From Giardia intestinalis (lineage: Eukaryota), in the NCBI GenBank assembly GCA_000002435.2, contig CM018789.1: a DNA stretch of 64,000 bases. One strand, written 5' to 3'. This document shows positions 8,958 through 18,864 of this stretch, piece by piece. How positions within the stretch are numbered: the first letter of the stretch is position 1; each line of letters opens with the position of its first letter. The notes under the pieces were generated by a model. It did no database searches. It was not told the DNA's origin and saw only the letters and a list, made by a program, of their open reading frames with translations. Position numbers and translations under genes: made by a program.

Positions 8958-11591
8958 ATGCTTCTCCTTCTGTGTGTGTCTGTGGCTCTCTGTGTTTCTG
9001 CATCGGACCACCAAAACAAAGCGAAATACGAGTTCAAGGCTGAGACCACGAACCTTCTGGACATTATTGTTCACTCTTTATACTCCGACAGGGAGATCTT
9101 TCTCCGCGAGCTCATCTCCAACGCTGTAGATGCCCTTGAAAAGCTGCGGTACATATCGTTGACAGATGCTAAGGTACTCGGTGAAGGAGACACACCGATG
9201 GAAATCAATATTAGTGTCGACACCCAGAAAAAACTCATTATAATAGAAGACACAGGAATAGGAATGAATAAGGAAGAGATGATAACAAACCTGGGCACAA
9301 TCGCTGAGTCTGGAACCAGCCGTTTTAGGCAGACAAAGAAGGTTGGCCTTAACTCACAAGATGAAGACTCTGCCAAGCCAACAAGTGCAAGCGGACTTAT
9401 CGGGATGTTCGGCGTAGGGTTCTTCTCTTCCTATCTTGTCGCAGAAAAGGTGGACTTCTATTCCAGACGTGCACACGACAAGGCTGACAATTACTCCACT
9501 CCCCACGTTGTCAAGTGGTCCTCCGATGCCTCCTCTTACTACACTGTCGAAGACGTCGACGAGGCCCTGGAGCCCGAGGCATGTCCCCATAGGGGCAGCC
9601 GGGTGGTCCTTCACTTGCGCGAGAACAGTGAAGAATTCCTTGATACGGCCCTGCTTAAACACGTGATCCTTAAGTATTCTGGCTTCGTCGGCTTTCCCGT
9701 TAACTTAGAGATGGTCAATAAGCGCCGTGAAGAGTATACGCCCAGCGCAGATGAAGAGGACGACGATGTCTTTGATGCCCCCCTAGTCGTTGAAGATGGT
9801 GCAACAGGAGAGAAAAAGGCCTCTACTGCATCAGGGCCTAAGGTTTATGATGACGTCGATGCCGACGGCAAGAAGGATCCGCAGTCCTTCCAGGATGCCG
9901 AGAAGGCCGTCAAGAAGCGGTATAGGTATGTGGAGTCCCGCGAGTGGCTAGATGTTACAAAGGAGGCCACAAGCATTTGGCTCCGCAATCCTCAGACGAT
10001 CACGAAGGAAGAATACGTTGATTTCTATCTCGGAACCTTGTACAAACCTGATCCAGCACTGAGTTTTGATTCTAGCATCGCGAGCTTGGCAAAGGAGATG
10101 GCTCCGCCCCTCACCTGGATACACTTCCGCGGAGAGGGTGGGGAGGCAGACTTTAGGGCCCTCATCTTTGTTCCTGGATTCCCCTCTCTAAACTACTACG
10201 AAAAGTACCATGACGAACGAGCGACTCTGAATTTGTATATTAATCGGGTCTTTGTCACCAACGAAACAGGTTCCATTCTGCCCCAATGGATGCAATTCGT
10301 TAAGGGAATAGTCGACTCCGACTCCATACGCATAAACCTCTCCCGTGAGTTTATACAGGAGTCGAAACTTCTTAAGAAAATAGGCGAGAGAATAGCACGC
10401 GCAATGGTGAGGAAACTCACCGATCTTTACAAGCAGGCGAAGGACTCAGAAAAGGAATATGATAACTATGTCAGCGAGCTAATAAAGGATGGGATAACAG
10501 AGCCCACCAAGGAGCAGATAGAGAAGGCCCCTTCAAAGGACGCAACATTCTACAAGATTCATCACTGGTACAAGCGCTCCTTCTTCATGGGTGCCATCGA
10601 GGACAAGAAGAACAAGGAGGAGATCATGCACCTCCTTCTCTTTCCAACTACTCGCACGATGGTCAACAGCCCAGAGGTCCAGGAGAAGTTCCGTCTTCAC
10701 CAGGTCTCCCATGAAGAGCTCCCACATTTTTATACTCTGCAGGAGTACGTAGATGCTATGCCCTCGTATCAGAAAGATATTTATATGATATCCTGCACGT
10801 TTATAGACGAGTGTCTTGCCTCCCCGTACACAGAAGCAGCAAATACTCGTGGGCTGGAGGTGATTTTCCTTACCGACGTGAATGAGGATCTGCTGCTGTC
10901 GACATACCTCAACGAGTTTCGGGCAAACAGCGGCAAAGTGTACAAAATCAAGAACATAGCGAAGCTAGAAACAAAGCTTCCAGATAAGCCCAAGGACGAT
11001 GTCTCTAATGAAGAAGAGAAGGAGAAGGAGCGGCCAGACACAGATATCCCAGACCGCACTGAAGACAAGCTTCTAGCCCGATATCATCTCAAGCTCCTGC
11101 GTGCGTACATGCGACAAGCCACGCCGACAGTCCACGGAGTAGAGCGGTCCACCAAGCTTCCTGCTTCGACGCCTGCTCTCGCTGCATCTAACAAGCACTC
11201 GCATACACCGCTTCAGGAGAAGGCAATGCAGCACTCCAAGAATGCAGGAGAAGCCGACTACCACAGGAAGCAACGCACGTTAGAGGTTAACTTTGAACAC
11301 AATCTCATTAAGAAGTTCATTGCAGAGCTGGTTAATCTCAATCCGCCCATGAAGCCGGCTAACTCTACGGACCCGAACGATGATTACGTGATTCCCAAAC
11401 CTGTTGTGAGCACTCCAGAGATGGATGAGCGGGCCGTTTTGTTGGCGGACATTGCCACCTATTTTGCTGGCTACGAAATAGAGAACAAAAAGAGCTTTGC
11501 GAAGGCCCTTTTCATGGTCCTCGATACCCAGCTTGAGGGTACTTCTTCCCAAGAAAGCAGTAACTCCACTGCCTTTAAGGATGAACTTTAA
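8958..11591 (+). CDS. ER-resident Hsp90 paralogue (GRP94/endoplasmin-like), divergent
   Basis: N-terminal signal peptide MLLLLCVSVALCVSA. GHKL ATPase motifs (EIFLRELISNAVDALEKLRYISLTD; IIIEDTGIGMNKEEM; GTIAESGT). Middle and C-terminal Hsp90 region. C-terminal KDEL. Confidence 0.8.
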   Translation: MLLLLCVSVALCVSASDHQNKAKYEFKAETTNLLDIIVHSLYSDREIFLRELISNAVDALEKLRYISLTDAKVLGEGDTPMEINISVDTQKKLIIIEDTGIGMNKEEMITNLGTIAESGTSRFRQTKKVGLNSQDEDSAKPTSASGLIGMFGVGFFSSYLVAEKVDFYSRRAHDKADNYSTPHVVKWSSDASSYYTVEDVDEALEPEACPHRGSRVVLHLRENSEEFLDTALLKHVILKYSGFVGFPVNLEMVNKRREEYTPSADEEDDDVFDAPLVVEDGATGEKKASTASGPKVYDDVDADGKKDPQSFQDAEKAVKKRYRYVESREWLDVTKEATSIWLRNPQTITKEEYVDFYLGTLYKPDPALSFDSSIASLAKEMAPPLTWIHFRGEGGEADFRALIFVPGFPSLNYYEKYHDERATLNLYINRVFVTNETGSILPQWMQFVKGIVDSDSIRINLSREFIQESKLLKKIGERIARAMVRKLTDLYKQAKDSEKEYDNYVSELIKDGITEPTKEQIEKAPSKDATFYKIHHWYKRSFFMGAIEDKKNKEEIMHLLLFPTTRTMVNSPEVQEKFRLHQVSHEELPHFYTLQEYVDAMPSYQKDIYMISCTFIDECLASPYTEAANTRGLEVIFLTDVNEDLLLSTYLNEFRANSGKVYKIKNIAKLETKLPDKPKDDVSNEEEKEKERPDTDIPDRTEDKLLARYHLKLLRAYMRQATPTVHGVERSTKLPASTPALAASNKHSHTPLQEKAMQHSKNAGEADYHRKQRTLEVNFEHNLIKKFIAELVNLNPPMKPANSTDPNDDYVIPKPVVSTPEMDERAVLLADIATYFAGYEIENKKSFAKALFMVLDTQLEGTSSQESSNSTAFKDEL

Positions 11592-11645
11592 GTGTTGATG
11601 CACCAGAGGCTGCTGGTGGCGTAAGTAAAAGATTAGAGTTACTTA

Positions 11646-12755
11646 ATGATAATTGCAACGCTGAAGGACTGGTTTACGGCCATCAAGGGCCGTCGGTATG
11701 ATGCTGTCAATCGGAGCATACAGCAGTTTTCTGGTTCTCGTACACCTAGTGGGGATACAGGCCTAATCCTCTCTGTACACTACTGCGATCCAAATATGGT
11801 CAAGATCTTGGCACCCACAGAGGCGGGTTTAGTCAACAATAACGGAGCGACTGCTCTCCTTGTTGCGGCTGAGCTAGGCTACCTGCTATGCTGCCTTCCT
11901 CTTCTTCAATACGAACGGTCCATTGTCGATTCGCACGGGTGTACCCCGCTTATATTGGCGGCCCGTGCAGGCAATATAGGTTGTATTCCCTTCCTAATTA
12001 CCGATTCACTCCTAGTCCGAGATTGTGAGGGGCGGACTGCACTCGATTGGGCGGTTGCTGCAGGACAAGTGGATGCCGTTCGAGTGTTATCTCAGCCAGA
12101 ACTGTACCCGATTGATGACATTCGCCGTGCTGTTGACCTAGCTGACTCCCTGGGACACCTAGCCATAAGCAAGATTCTCTGTAGGAGAATTGCAGGGTGC
12201 CAAGGGACAGATAGCATTTCTCCTCCGGCGTCTATTATTATATCTACAACCCCTAGTCTATCCATGCCTCAGCTGAGTGCGCCATATGTTCCAGAGAAGC
12301 ATGTGGAGATTACCAACTCATTTGCCACAGAGAACGATTCAAGCATGTGTCTGGATGACCTATCAACCAGGAAGGATGTTGTCTCCACTGTGCCACATCT
12401 CTCATCAGCACACTTTACTGAAGCTGGTATATCTGGAATGGTTCAGCAGCTTGAGCACCTGACAAAGACCAACACAACGCTGCAGTCAAGCTATCGGAGT
12501 ATGACTGCTTTATGTGACGAGGCACGGCTCAAACTAACAATGCAAAGGGATAGCATAGAATCATCTATCGCTCTGCTGACAAAGTTAAAGGCTACACTAA
12601 CAACTGAACCTGAAGTCGCGGAAAAAGATGCCATGTACCGCGTCTTTCAACAAAAAATGATGGAGATACAAGCTCTCCAGCGCGAAATTATCAAGGCTAC
12701 CTCGGAACTTCACAGCCTTACGACTATATCAAGTAACTCCATTCTAGAGGATTGA
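11646..12755 (+). CDS. ankyrin-repeat protein with C-terminal coiled coil
   Basis: At least 3 ankyrin repeats (GATALLVAAELG, GCTPLILAARAGN, GRTALDWAVAAGQVDAVRVL) followed by a coiled-coil C-terminus. Confidence 0.6.
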   Translation: MIIATLKDWFTAIKGRRYDAVNRSIQQFSGSRTPSGDTGLILSVHYCDPNMVKILAPTEAGLVNNNGATALLVAAELGYLLCCLPLLQYERSIVDSHGCTPLILAARAGNIGCIPFLITDSLLVRDCEGRTALDWAVAAGQVDAVRVLSQPELYPIDDIRRAVDLADSLGHLAISKILCRRIAGCQGTDSISPPASIIISTTPSLSMPQLSAPYVPEKHVEITNSFATENDSSMCLDDLSTRKDVVSTVPHLSSAHFTEAGISGMVQQLEHLTKTNTTLQSSYRSMTALCDEARLKLTMQRDSIESSIALLTKLKATLTTEPEVAEKDAMYRVFQQKMMEIQALQREIIKATSELHSLTTISSNSILED

Positions 12756-12810
12756 AATGTTTATTCTTGTCAATCAAAAAGACCAACAAAAGAGGCTAAA
12801 CGGATTCTTA

Positions 12811-13788
12811 TCATAAAGCATTCATTTTGCCACTAGCGTCAACAGAGTCGTCTGCTAACCCTAGTGTATCTTCTGATGCTATTGGGTCCAACGGTGCGTC
12901 AGTTGGCTCAGCTGTAATAGACCCATCAGAGCTGTGTCCCTTGGATTGTTGTTTGTAGTAGATACGCTTCACAGAAGCACATGGACAACACTTAAATACA
13001 CTTACCAGTGTAATAGCAATAACAGAGACAGAAATAGACAACACCAGCACCCACACATCCCAGTAGATATCGTAATCCACGAACAATGAGACAGAACAAA
13101 CGGTAGAACTCCCCAAAGTAGAGGTACCCGGAATCAATACAAAGTTATCTACAACACCTTGGTAATTTTGAGTTATTGCTTGCTGCAACTGTTCCACCTG
13201 TGTACCTTCTTTCATGGTAGCTGCCACAGATAAAGCGATGACAACTATAAACCGCTCAGCCGGCCTGGGGCCATAGGGCTTGCCATTAAACTTTGGCCAA
13301 TGGGCCCGAAGCGTAGGTTCTGCCAAGCTATACCATGACTGGCCTCCCTTGTCTGTTGCAACGTAGTCATGCTTTACGAAGTCATAGTCTAGAATGTAGT
13401 GGGTGTTTCCCTCTGACAGGGCAAAGAAGACTGGGCCAGGCTTGTACAGAAACGCCGCTGCAGAGCCTCCAAATTGAGTGGATCCAAAGCCTCCCGCAGC
13501 GAAGAGGAGGGGTTTGGGTGCAGTGCTAGGGTTGGGATTATTTATCATAACGCCTATGTGGCTTGTACTGTCATACCCTCGCTTGATAATGTTAACTGAA
13601 TGCGTATTAATAGTAAGCTTAAAGGTGGCAACGGGGGTGACCTTTTTGTCGATACTTGTGGTGCACCTCCCGGTGTAAACGGCGTTTGTGGCGAGTCTTT
13701 CTTTGCCTATGTGGGCGGGGAACGTCGCCGGGCTTGCAGCATCTAATCTGGCAAGATAGAATGCAAAGAATAAGAACAGCAAGCGCAT
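12811..13788 (-). CDS. hypothetical type I membrane protein (signal peptide plus single C-terminal TM)
   Basis: Starts at ATG 13788 with signal-like MRLLFLFFAFYLARLDAA. Hydrophobic helix WDVWVLVLSISVSVIAITLVSVF near the C-terminus, then a short tail. Confidence 0.5.
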   Translation of the reverse strand: MRLLFLFFAFYLARLDAASPATFPAHIGKERLATNAVYTGRCTTSIDKKVTPVATFKLTINTHSVNIIKRGYDSTSHIGVMINNPNPSTAPKPLLFAAGGFGSTQFGGSAAAFLYKPGPVFFALSEGNTHYILDYDFVKHDYVATDKGGQSWYSLAEPTLRAHWPKFNGKPYGPRPAERFIVVIALSVAATMKEGTQVEQLQQAITQNYQGVVDNFVLIPGTSTLGSSTVCSVSLFVDYDIYWDVWVLVLSISVSVIAITLVSVFKCCPCASVKRIYYKQQSKGHSSDGSITAEPTDAPLDPIASEDTLGLADDSVDASGKMNAL

Positions 13789-13865
13789 TAGTAGGCTAGC
13801 ACAACTAGTAAACCAACTTTAATTTTTAATTTAAATCATCAATCTTTCCAGCCAAGACTTCCAGA
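13789..13865. promoter_or_regulatory. AT-rich divergent intergenic region (bidirectional initiator) between 12811..13788(-) and 13866..16166(+)
   Basis: 77 bp, strongly A/T-rich (ttaatttttaatttaaatcatcaat), sitting between two divergently oriented ATGs. Confidence 0.45.
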
Positions 13866-16166
13866 ATGAAGCAAGGACTAATACGCGTCCTCTCAGTGAG
13901 ATGCTCGTGCCTCTTTCCTCCACAGATATGCAGTGAGGTCTATGCTCGACAATCTGATTTACCCTCAGAGGCACCTTTTTGCGTTGCCACCTTTGCTGCC
14001 ACTCTGGGGCCTGAATTTGGTGACACAGGCGCCGTAGCGGGTGTGCTGACAACCTACGTGCTCCCGGAAGCTGGCGCATCACTGTATGTTGCTGTACTTG
14101 GAACCTGCCACACGCTTGGGAAGAACTTCGACCCTCTTCTTCCACATTATTATACAGAGGGATGTGCTCAAAGTAATATAGAGTTTGCCCACGAACAACA
14201 AATGGAGAAAGAAGGAAATCGGTTTACGTGGCAGTGCTTCTGCTTTCGGGGCGACACTCTTCCACTGGAGAATCTTCACCCCGCCCTCACCTCTCTCATC
14301 TCATCAGATCCCTGTTCTCCAGAAGGCAAACGAATCATATTGTATGGTGTTGCGTGGACCATGGGCACACTGGAGACCATTCACAATATTTGCTTTAAGC
14401 CAGTGCCACGTTTAGTCTTTTATAATGATAGCCCAATTCTCCGTCTATCTGTCACTCTTATGAGCAAGCGAGTAGAAGCATTGCAATTGGTACCGCTCCC
14501 TGTATTAATCTCTCAGTATCAGAGCTGGATAACCCGTACACTGATCCCTCCGTCGCTCCGCCCCACACACTGTTCAGGTCCATCCACATCTGCTTCCTAC
14601 ATCTCGATTACTTCTGATGAGAGTTCTGAATCCACATCTGTTGAGAGTGATTTGGCTGATCTCATTATCTCCAGGTTTTCTCCAATACCGGCCCTTTGTC
14701 AGCAGAAGAGCCACTACGGCAATGAGATATTTGTTATGTTTGCCCCCACTATTCCACCTGCAGGTAAGACAGACTTTTTGAGGAACGTCTGCATGTTTCC
14801 GGGCCAAGGTCTCAGTTATGAGGACAGTGGCATGGGCGTGACTGTGGGAAGCTTTTATGTCTACGAGCGCTTTCCCCATTCTATCGGAGCGGTTAGATTA
14901 GGCTTTGAACACTATGAGAGCTCCCCTGATGGCATCATTACATATCTTGGCTTAGCAAAGACAACTCCGCCGTATACAGAATCAGAGCCCCCAATTGAAT
15001 TCGGATTGGCTGTTACTTACGTCTACGCAGCCCCGGACAGTAGTCCAGCTGTGCAGGCAAGCTCATCCAATTACCGGCACATACGGTATTACAATGCTCG
15101 TGATCCGTTTACGTACATGAGCAGCGCTTTCCACATGCCGTTTCTTCTTCGTAACAAGGCTGGCGATGTAGAGCCAGAGCTTCTCCGTGCAAGCCAGTGC
15201 GAGCTCTTTCTCGAGCTCCACCGGCCTCTTTACGGCGCACACTCTGGTGGAACGTTCTTTCTCTTCAAACTGAATAAGGCCGCGGGAGCGGTATCTGTTG
15301 CTCTTCCATTTTTCACTGGCAAGCTTCAACCGCCAAGCAAAACCTATCCCCGTTATAAGTCTCAATTGACGTACTACCCCATCTGCACCAGTGGTACTGT
15401 GGCAGGATACTCAGCCCTCTCCTTTCTGAAGAGCGATGCTGCCGTCGGGTCGGTGGATATTAAATCATCCATCAATCTAGATTTAATTCAATTCTTGCTG
15501 GAGTGTGTGGAATCGGTAACATACAAGCAGCGCGATCGACTTGTATTCCCGATCATTTTGTACCGCATGCTTCCCCGATCATTTGGTGCTTACTGCCTCG
15601 ACCTCGGAGCAACGTGTATTCCACGTGCAGGTGGAGCACCTGACACCCAGGTATATCCTGATTGTGCCATTTTCTACACTTCCTTATCGAACTCTCCATC
15701 AAACCAGGATGGTTGTTACTGCTATAAACGAGCGGAGGCTGCAAAGTACTATCAAGAGCAGCTGCATATTCCTGGACCACGGGCCTATGTTGCACAAATA
15801 GGGACCAGGGAGATACGCTGGGACACTAGATACAGTAGGCCTTTACCCAACAGCGCTGACCCAGCGGCCCGTGTTCTGGAGGAGCACTTTTGTATTAAGA
15901 CAAGCCTTTGCCCCTACATTCCTACGTCTCCCAATTACTATGTCCTTGTTCTTGCAGATCTATTGTCAAATCTTCAAACTGTTGAGCCCGACGAGCAACA
16001 GCAAGGAAACCTAAGGCTCTTTCTGGAAACATATATTAGTACGATAATAGTGGCAACTGAATTCACAAAAGCCAAGATCTCGGCAGACGCTCGGCAATAT
16101 TTACTAACCCTTCACGATTTCACACTCCAAAAGGATAGTAGCATGGTTGTCTATTGCAAGAAATAG
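13866..16166 (+). CDS. hypothetical protein (766 aa), no recognised domain
   Basis: Long ATG-initiated ORF with balanced composition. No family assigned from sequence. Confidence 0.5.
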   Translation: MKQGLIRVLSVRCSCLFPPQICSEVYARQSDLPSEAPFCVATFAATLGPEFGDTGAVAGVLTTYVLPEAGASLYVAVLGTCHTLGKNFDPLLPHYYTEGCAQSNIEFAHEQQMEKEGNRFTWQCFCFRGDTLPLENLHPALTSLISSDPCSPEGKRIILYGVAWTMGTLETIHNICFKPVPRLVFYNDSPILRLSVTLMSKRVEALQLVPLPVLISQYQSWITRTLIPPSLRPTHCSGPSTSASYISITSDESSESTSVESDLADLIISRFSPIPALCQQKSHYGNEIFVMFAPTIPPAGKTDFLRNVCMFPGQGLSYEDSGMGVTVGSFYVYERFPHSIGAVRLGFEHYESSPDGIITYLGLAKTTPPYTESEPPIEFGLAVTYVYAAPDSSPAVQASSSNYRHIRYYNARDPFTYMSSAFHMPFLLRNKAGDVEPELLRASQCELFLELHRPLYGAHSGGTFFLFKLNKAAGAVSVALPFFTGKLQPPSKTYPRYKSQLTYYPICTSGTVAGYSALSFLKSDAAVGSVDIKSSINLDLIQFLLECVESVTYKQRDRLVFPIILYRMLPRSFGAYCLDLGATCIPRAGGAPDTQVYPDCAIFYTSLSNSPSNQDGCYCYKRAEAAKYYQEQLHIPGPRAYVAQIGTREIRWDTRYSRPLPNSADPAARVLEEHFCIKTSLCPYIPTSPNYYVLVLADLLSNLQTVEPDEQQQGNLRLFLETYISTIIVATEFTKAKISADARQYLLTLHDFTLQKDSSMVVYCKK

Positions 16167-16167
16167 C

Positions 16168-16174
16168 ATTTACT
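16168..16174 (-). other. putative polyadenylation signal AGTAAAT for the FKBP gene
   Basis: Minus-strand AGTAAAT lies 3 nt after the FKBP stop (16177-16179). It falls inside the 10-bp gap separating the two convergent stop codons. Confidence 0.4.
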
Positions 16175-16176
16175 CC

Positions 16177-17241
16177 CTAATTAATACTGTGCAGCTGGAG
16201 CTCGAAATAAAGGGTGGAGTTGGGAGGGATCTCAGGGGGTGATCCCTTCTTCCCGTACCCGAGGTGTGGAGGAATGATAAGTATCCTCTTTCCGCCAACC
16301 TTCATGCCAGACGCTCCGATTTCCCACCCGGAAATGACCGACCCCTCACCCAGTCGGAACTTGAACTTGCGATTGTCAGTCGTTTGGTCAATTATTTTAC
16401 CTGTCTCATTTCCGAGGCGAAGGACGTAGGTGACGCTGGCCTTCTTGCCTTGAGTTAGAGCCGGACCAGAACCTTCTTTCACATCGCATATCTTGACACC
16501 CCTAACCTCACGGAATGTACGCTCGACTGACCCCTTCTGCTTTGGCACAGGCTTGTCTTCCTTGGTCACTTCATTGGATTTGGCTGCATCACCGAAGGTC
16601 ACAGCAAGCTCTGCCTTACGCTTGGGCTCCCTGCACGCATTCTCCACCAATTTCTGCTTAATTTGAGCACGAACAGCAGCCTTATCATCATCGCCATCGT
16701 CACACTTGTGAGCATTGCATTCTCGGTGATCGTCCAGCGTGCTTAGCATGTCGTTTTCGGCCATATACTCACGGATTTCTCTGTCCTTAGAGAGGTCCAT
16801 TTCTATCGTCCCAGTGATGTCGACAGAACCTTCACCATACAGCAGGTTTAGCTTTGCCCTTTCTGTGTGAGCACTTAGAGAGAGCCCAGGCAGGATTGTT
16901 TCTGTAACACCTGGAAGAAGGCGGGCAATGACGGTTTTGAACTCCGAGTGCTTGGCTCCATGACACAGTTCAATGATATGCTTCTTCGAGCTACTATTAT
17001 CAGCAGAAAGCGATATGCTCGTGATTGTTGTCAGGGCGTTAAATTCCAAGGGTAAAAACGCGGAGCTGTTGTCCTTCGACAGCTTAAACGAAAATGGCAC
17101 AGAGAAGTGCAAGCCACGGCTGATCACCCTGCCGAGCGCCCTGTCGGCACCATCTTCATCCTCCCCCATGAACATATCCATATGCATATCGTCATCAAGC
17201 TCCTTATCAGCCGGAGGGGCGTTGCGATTGTGACCAGGCAT
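16177..17241 (-). CDS. nucleolar FKBP-type peptidyl-prolyl cis-trans isomerase (Fpr3/Fpr4 / FKBP39-like, N-terminal nucleoplasmin-like domain plus C-terminal FKBP)
   Basis: C-terminal FKBP domain GSGPALTQGKKASVTYVLRLGNETGKIIDQT...FKFRLGEGSVISGWEIGASGMKVGGKRILIIPPHLGYGKKGSPPEIPPNSTLYFELQL. Acidic N-terminal region. Confidence 0.8.
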   Translation of the reverse strand: MPGHNRNAPPADKELDDDMHMDMFMGEDEDGADRALGRVISRGLHFSVPFSFKLSKDNSSAFLPLEFNALTTITSISLSADNSSSKKHIIELCHGAKHSEFKTVIARLLPGVTETILPGLSLSAHTERAKLNLLYGEGSVDITGTIEMDLSKDREIREYMAENDMLSTLDDHRECNAHKCDDGDDDKAAVRAQIKQKLVENACREPKRKAELAVTFGDAAKSNEVTKEDKPVPKQKGSVERTFREVRGVKICDVKEGSGPALTQGKKASVTYVLRLGNETGKIIDQTTDNRKFKFRLGEGSVISGWEIGASGMKVGGKRILIIPPHLGYGKKGSPPEIPPNSTLYFELQLHSIN

Positions 17242-17271
17242 TATTTCTATTAATTAAAAACAATTAATTCA
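17242..17271. promoter_or_regulatory. 30-bp A/T-only divergent promoter region between the FKBP and KRI1-like genes
   Basis: The sequence tatttctattaattaaaaacaattaattca lies between ATG 17241(-) and ATG 17272(+). Confidence 0.5.
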
Positions 17272-18789
17272 ATGCAGCGAAGTTCAGAACTTGGAACGCA
17301 TTTATCTCGAGACGAACACTCGAGTGAGTGCAGTGTGTATAGCGAATCGACAGATGAAGGGGTCAACCCAGTCCACGATGTGCAGATTCTCAAGACCCTA
17401 GCCATGATAAAGGCCAGAGACCCTCGCATATTCGACAAGGATGTGCGTTTTTTCTCTGACGACGCTCTGCCTCAGGCACCAGCTAGTGTGAAGGCAGCAA
17501 CTGATAAGCTGCAACATTCACGTAAGGAGGAGTTCAACGCTATAGCACGCAACATGGTCGGCCAGCGAATGGCCGAACGTGGAGATGAGACAGGCGATCC
17601 ATCGACACATCTTACTAACAAGGAGCGCAGAATGCTCTCCAAAATACCACTTCATGCCGATGCAGAGTCTATAAAGGTCTGTCAGGACTGGGTTGCGTCC
17701 CAAACGGGAGAGGTACACGCAGAAGACAAGACAGACAAGTTCCTTATGAATTACCTGCAGTCCCAAGCGTGGTTGCAAGATGAGGTTTCCGAACGATCAA
17801 GCACAGATTTGAAGGACGTCTCTGACTCTGAAAAGCAACTAGAAGCACAAGATCTTTACGAAGACGCGTACAATCACCGCAAAGAAGAGGATACCCGACA
17901 GATCATCAACTATGCGCGGAATGTTTTCCGGTCCATACGAGAAACTAGGTCGAAGAGGGCAGAGGCAAGACAGCGGAAAAAAGAACGAGTAGCCAACGAT
18001 GCGCTTATGCGGAAGAGTGAGATTGAAAAGAAGAAGGCCGAGAAGAGGGCAGAAATAATGGACGAACTGAAGAAGCTAGCAGAGGAGTCTGGGATTCCAT
18101 TGGAGAAGTTACAAAGCCATCCCTTATTTGATGAGAAAGACTTCGATGGCAATGACCTGGGAGAGGTGATGGACCAGCTATTTGATGATAATTTTTATGA
18201 TAGCGCCAATGGAAACGAAGATCCGGGCGAAAAGCCTGTTTTTAGCAGCATGAGTGAAGATGTGAGTGAGCAGGACTATGAGGATAATTCGGAGCATAGC
18301 GATACAAGCGGTTCGGGACACAGTCACAAGAAGGAAAAGCACGAGGCAGAGCTTGAGCCACACATCAAGGCAAAGTTGGATAGGCACATGAACGAACTTA
18401 ATATGATGGACGAGGTGGATTATGTTCCAGGATTCGGGCCTGTCCGATTCCGATACACGTCTGTCACACCTAACAACTTTGGTCTTACAGATGAAGATCT
18501 TCTAATGGTTCCTGAAAAGGAGCTCGACAAAATTATGGCAACTAGACACATGGTGCCCTACGTCAAGCACGATCCAGAGATGAATTATAGCAACTTTTGG
18601 GACTTGCGCAGACAGGGTATTATTCGGGGCAATCCAAAGAGCGTCCGTGAAGAGAAGCTCAAAGAGCACAGCAGACCTCTCCGAGGATATACTAAGAAAG
18701 AGCCGACTGGGGCTGCCCGCCAGGACATGCTCCGCAAAGCCCAGATCACAGGGTCTCAAGCCCGACTGGATGCATATTTTCGTAAGTAG
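17272..18789 (+). CDS. KRI1: KRI1-like ribosome biogenesis protein
   Basis: N-terminal QILKTLAMIKARDPRIFDKDVRFF resembles the Kri1 N-terminal motif. C-terminal FRYTSVTPNNFGLTDEDLLMVPEKELDKIM resembles the Kri1_C motif. Acidic, K/E-rich middle region. Confidence 0.5.
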   Translation: MQRSSELGTHLSRDEHSSECSVYSESTDEGVNPVHDVQILKTLAMIKARDPRIFDKDVRFFSDDALPQAPASVKAATDKLQHSRKEEFNAIARNMVGQRMAERGDETGDPSTHLTNKERRMLSKIPLHADAESIKVCQDWVASQTGEVHAEDKTDKFLMNYLQSQAWLQDEVSERSSTDLKDVSDSEKQLEAQDLYEDAYNHRKEEDTRQIINYARNVFRSIRETRSKRAEARQRKKERVANDALMRKSEIEKKKAEKRAEIMDELKKLAEESGIPLEKLQSHPLFDEKDFDGNDLGEVMDQLFDDNFYDSANGNEDPGEKPVFSSMSEDVSEQDYEDNSEHSDTSGSGHSHKKEKHEAELEPHIKAKLDRHMNELNMMDEVDYVPGFGPVRFRYTSVTPNNFGLTDEDLLMVPEKELDKIMATRHMVPYVKHDPEMNYSNFWDLRRQGIIRGNPKSVREEKLKEHSRPLRGYTKKEPTGAARQDMLRKAQITGSQARLDAYFRK

Positions 18790-18864
18790 TAAATATAGCG
18801 CCACACTCTGGTGGCTCTCTAGTTGTACTTTCTAGCACCATGCTAAGATTGCAATTAAAAATCA

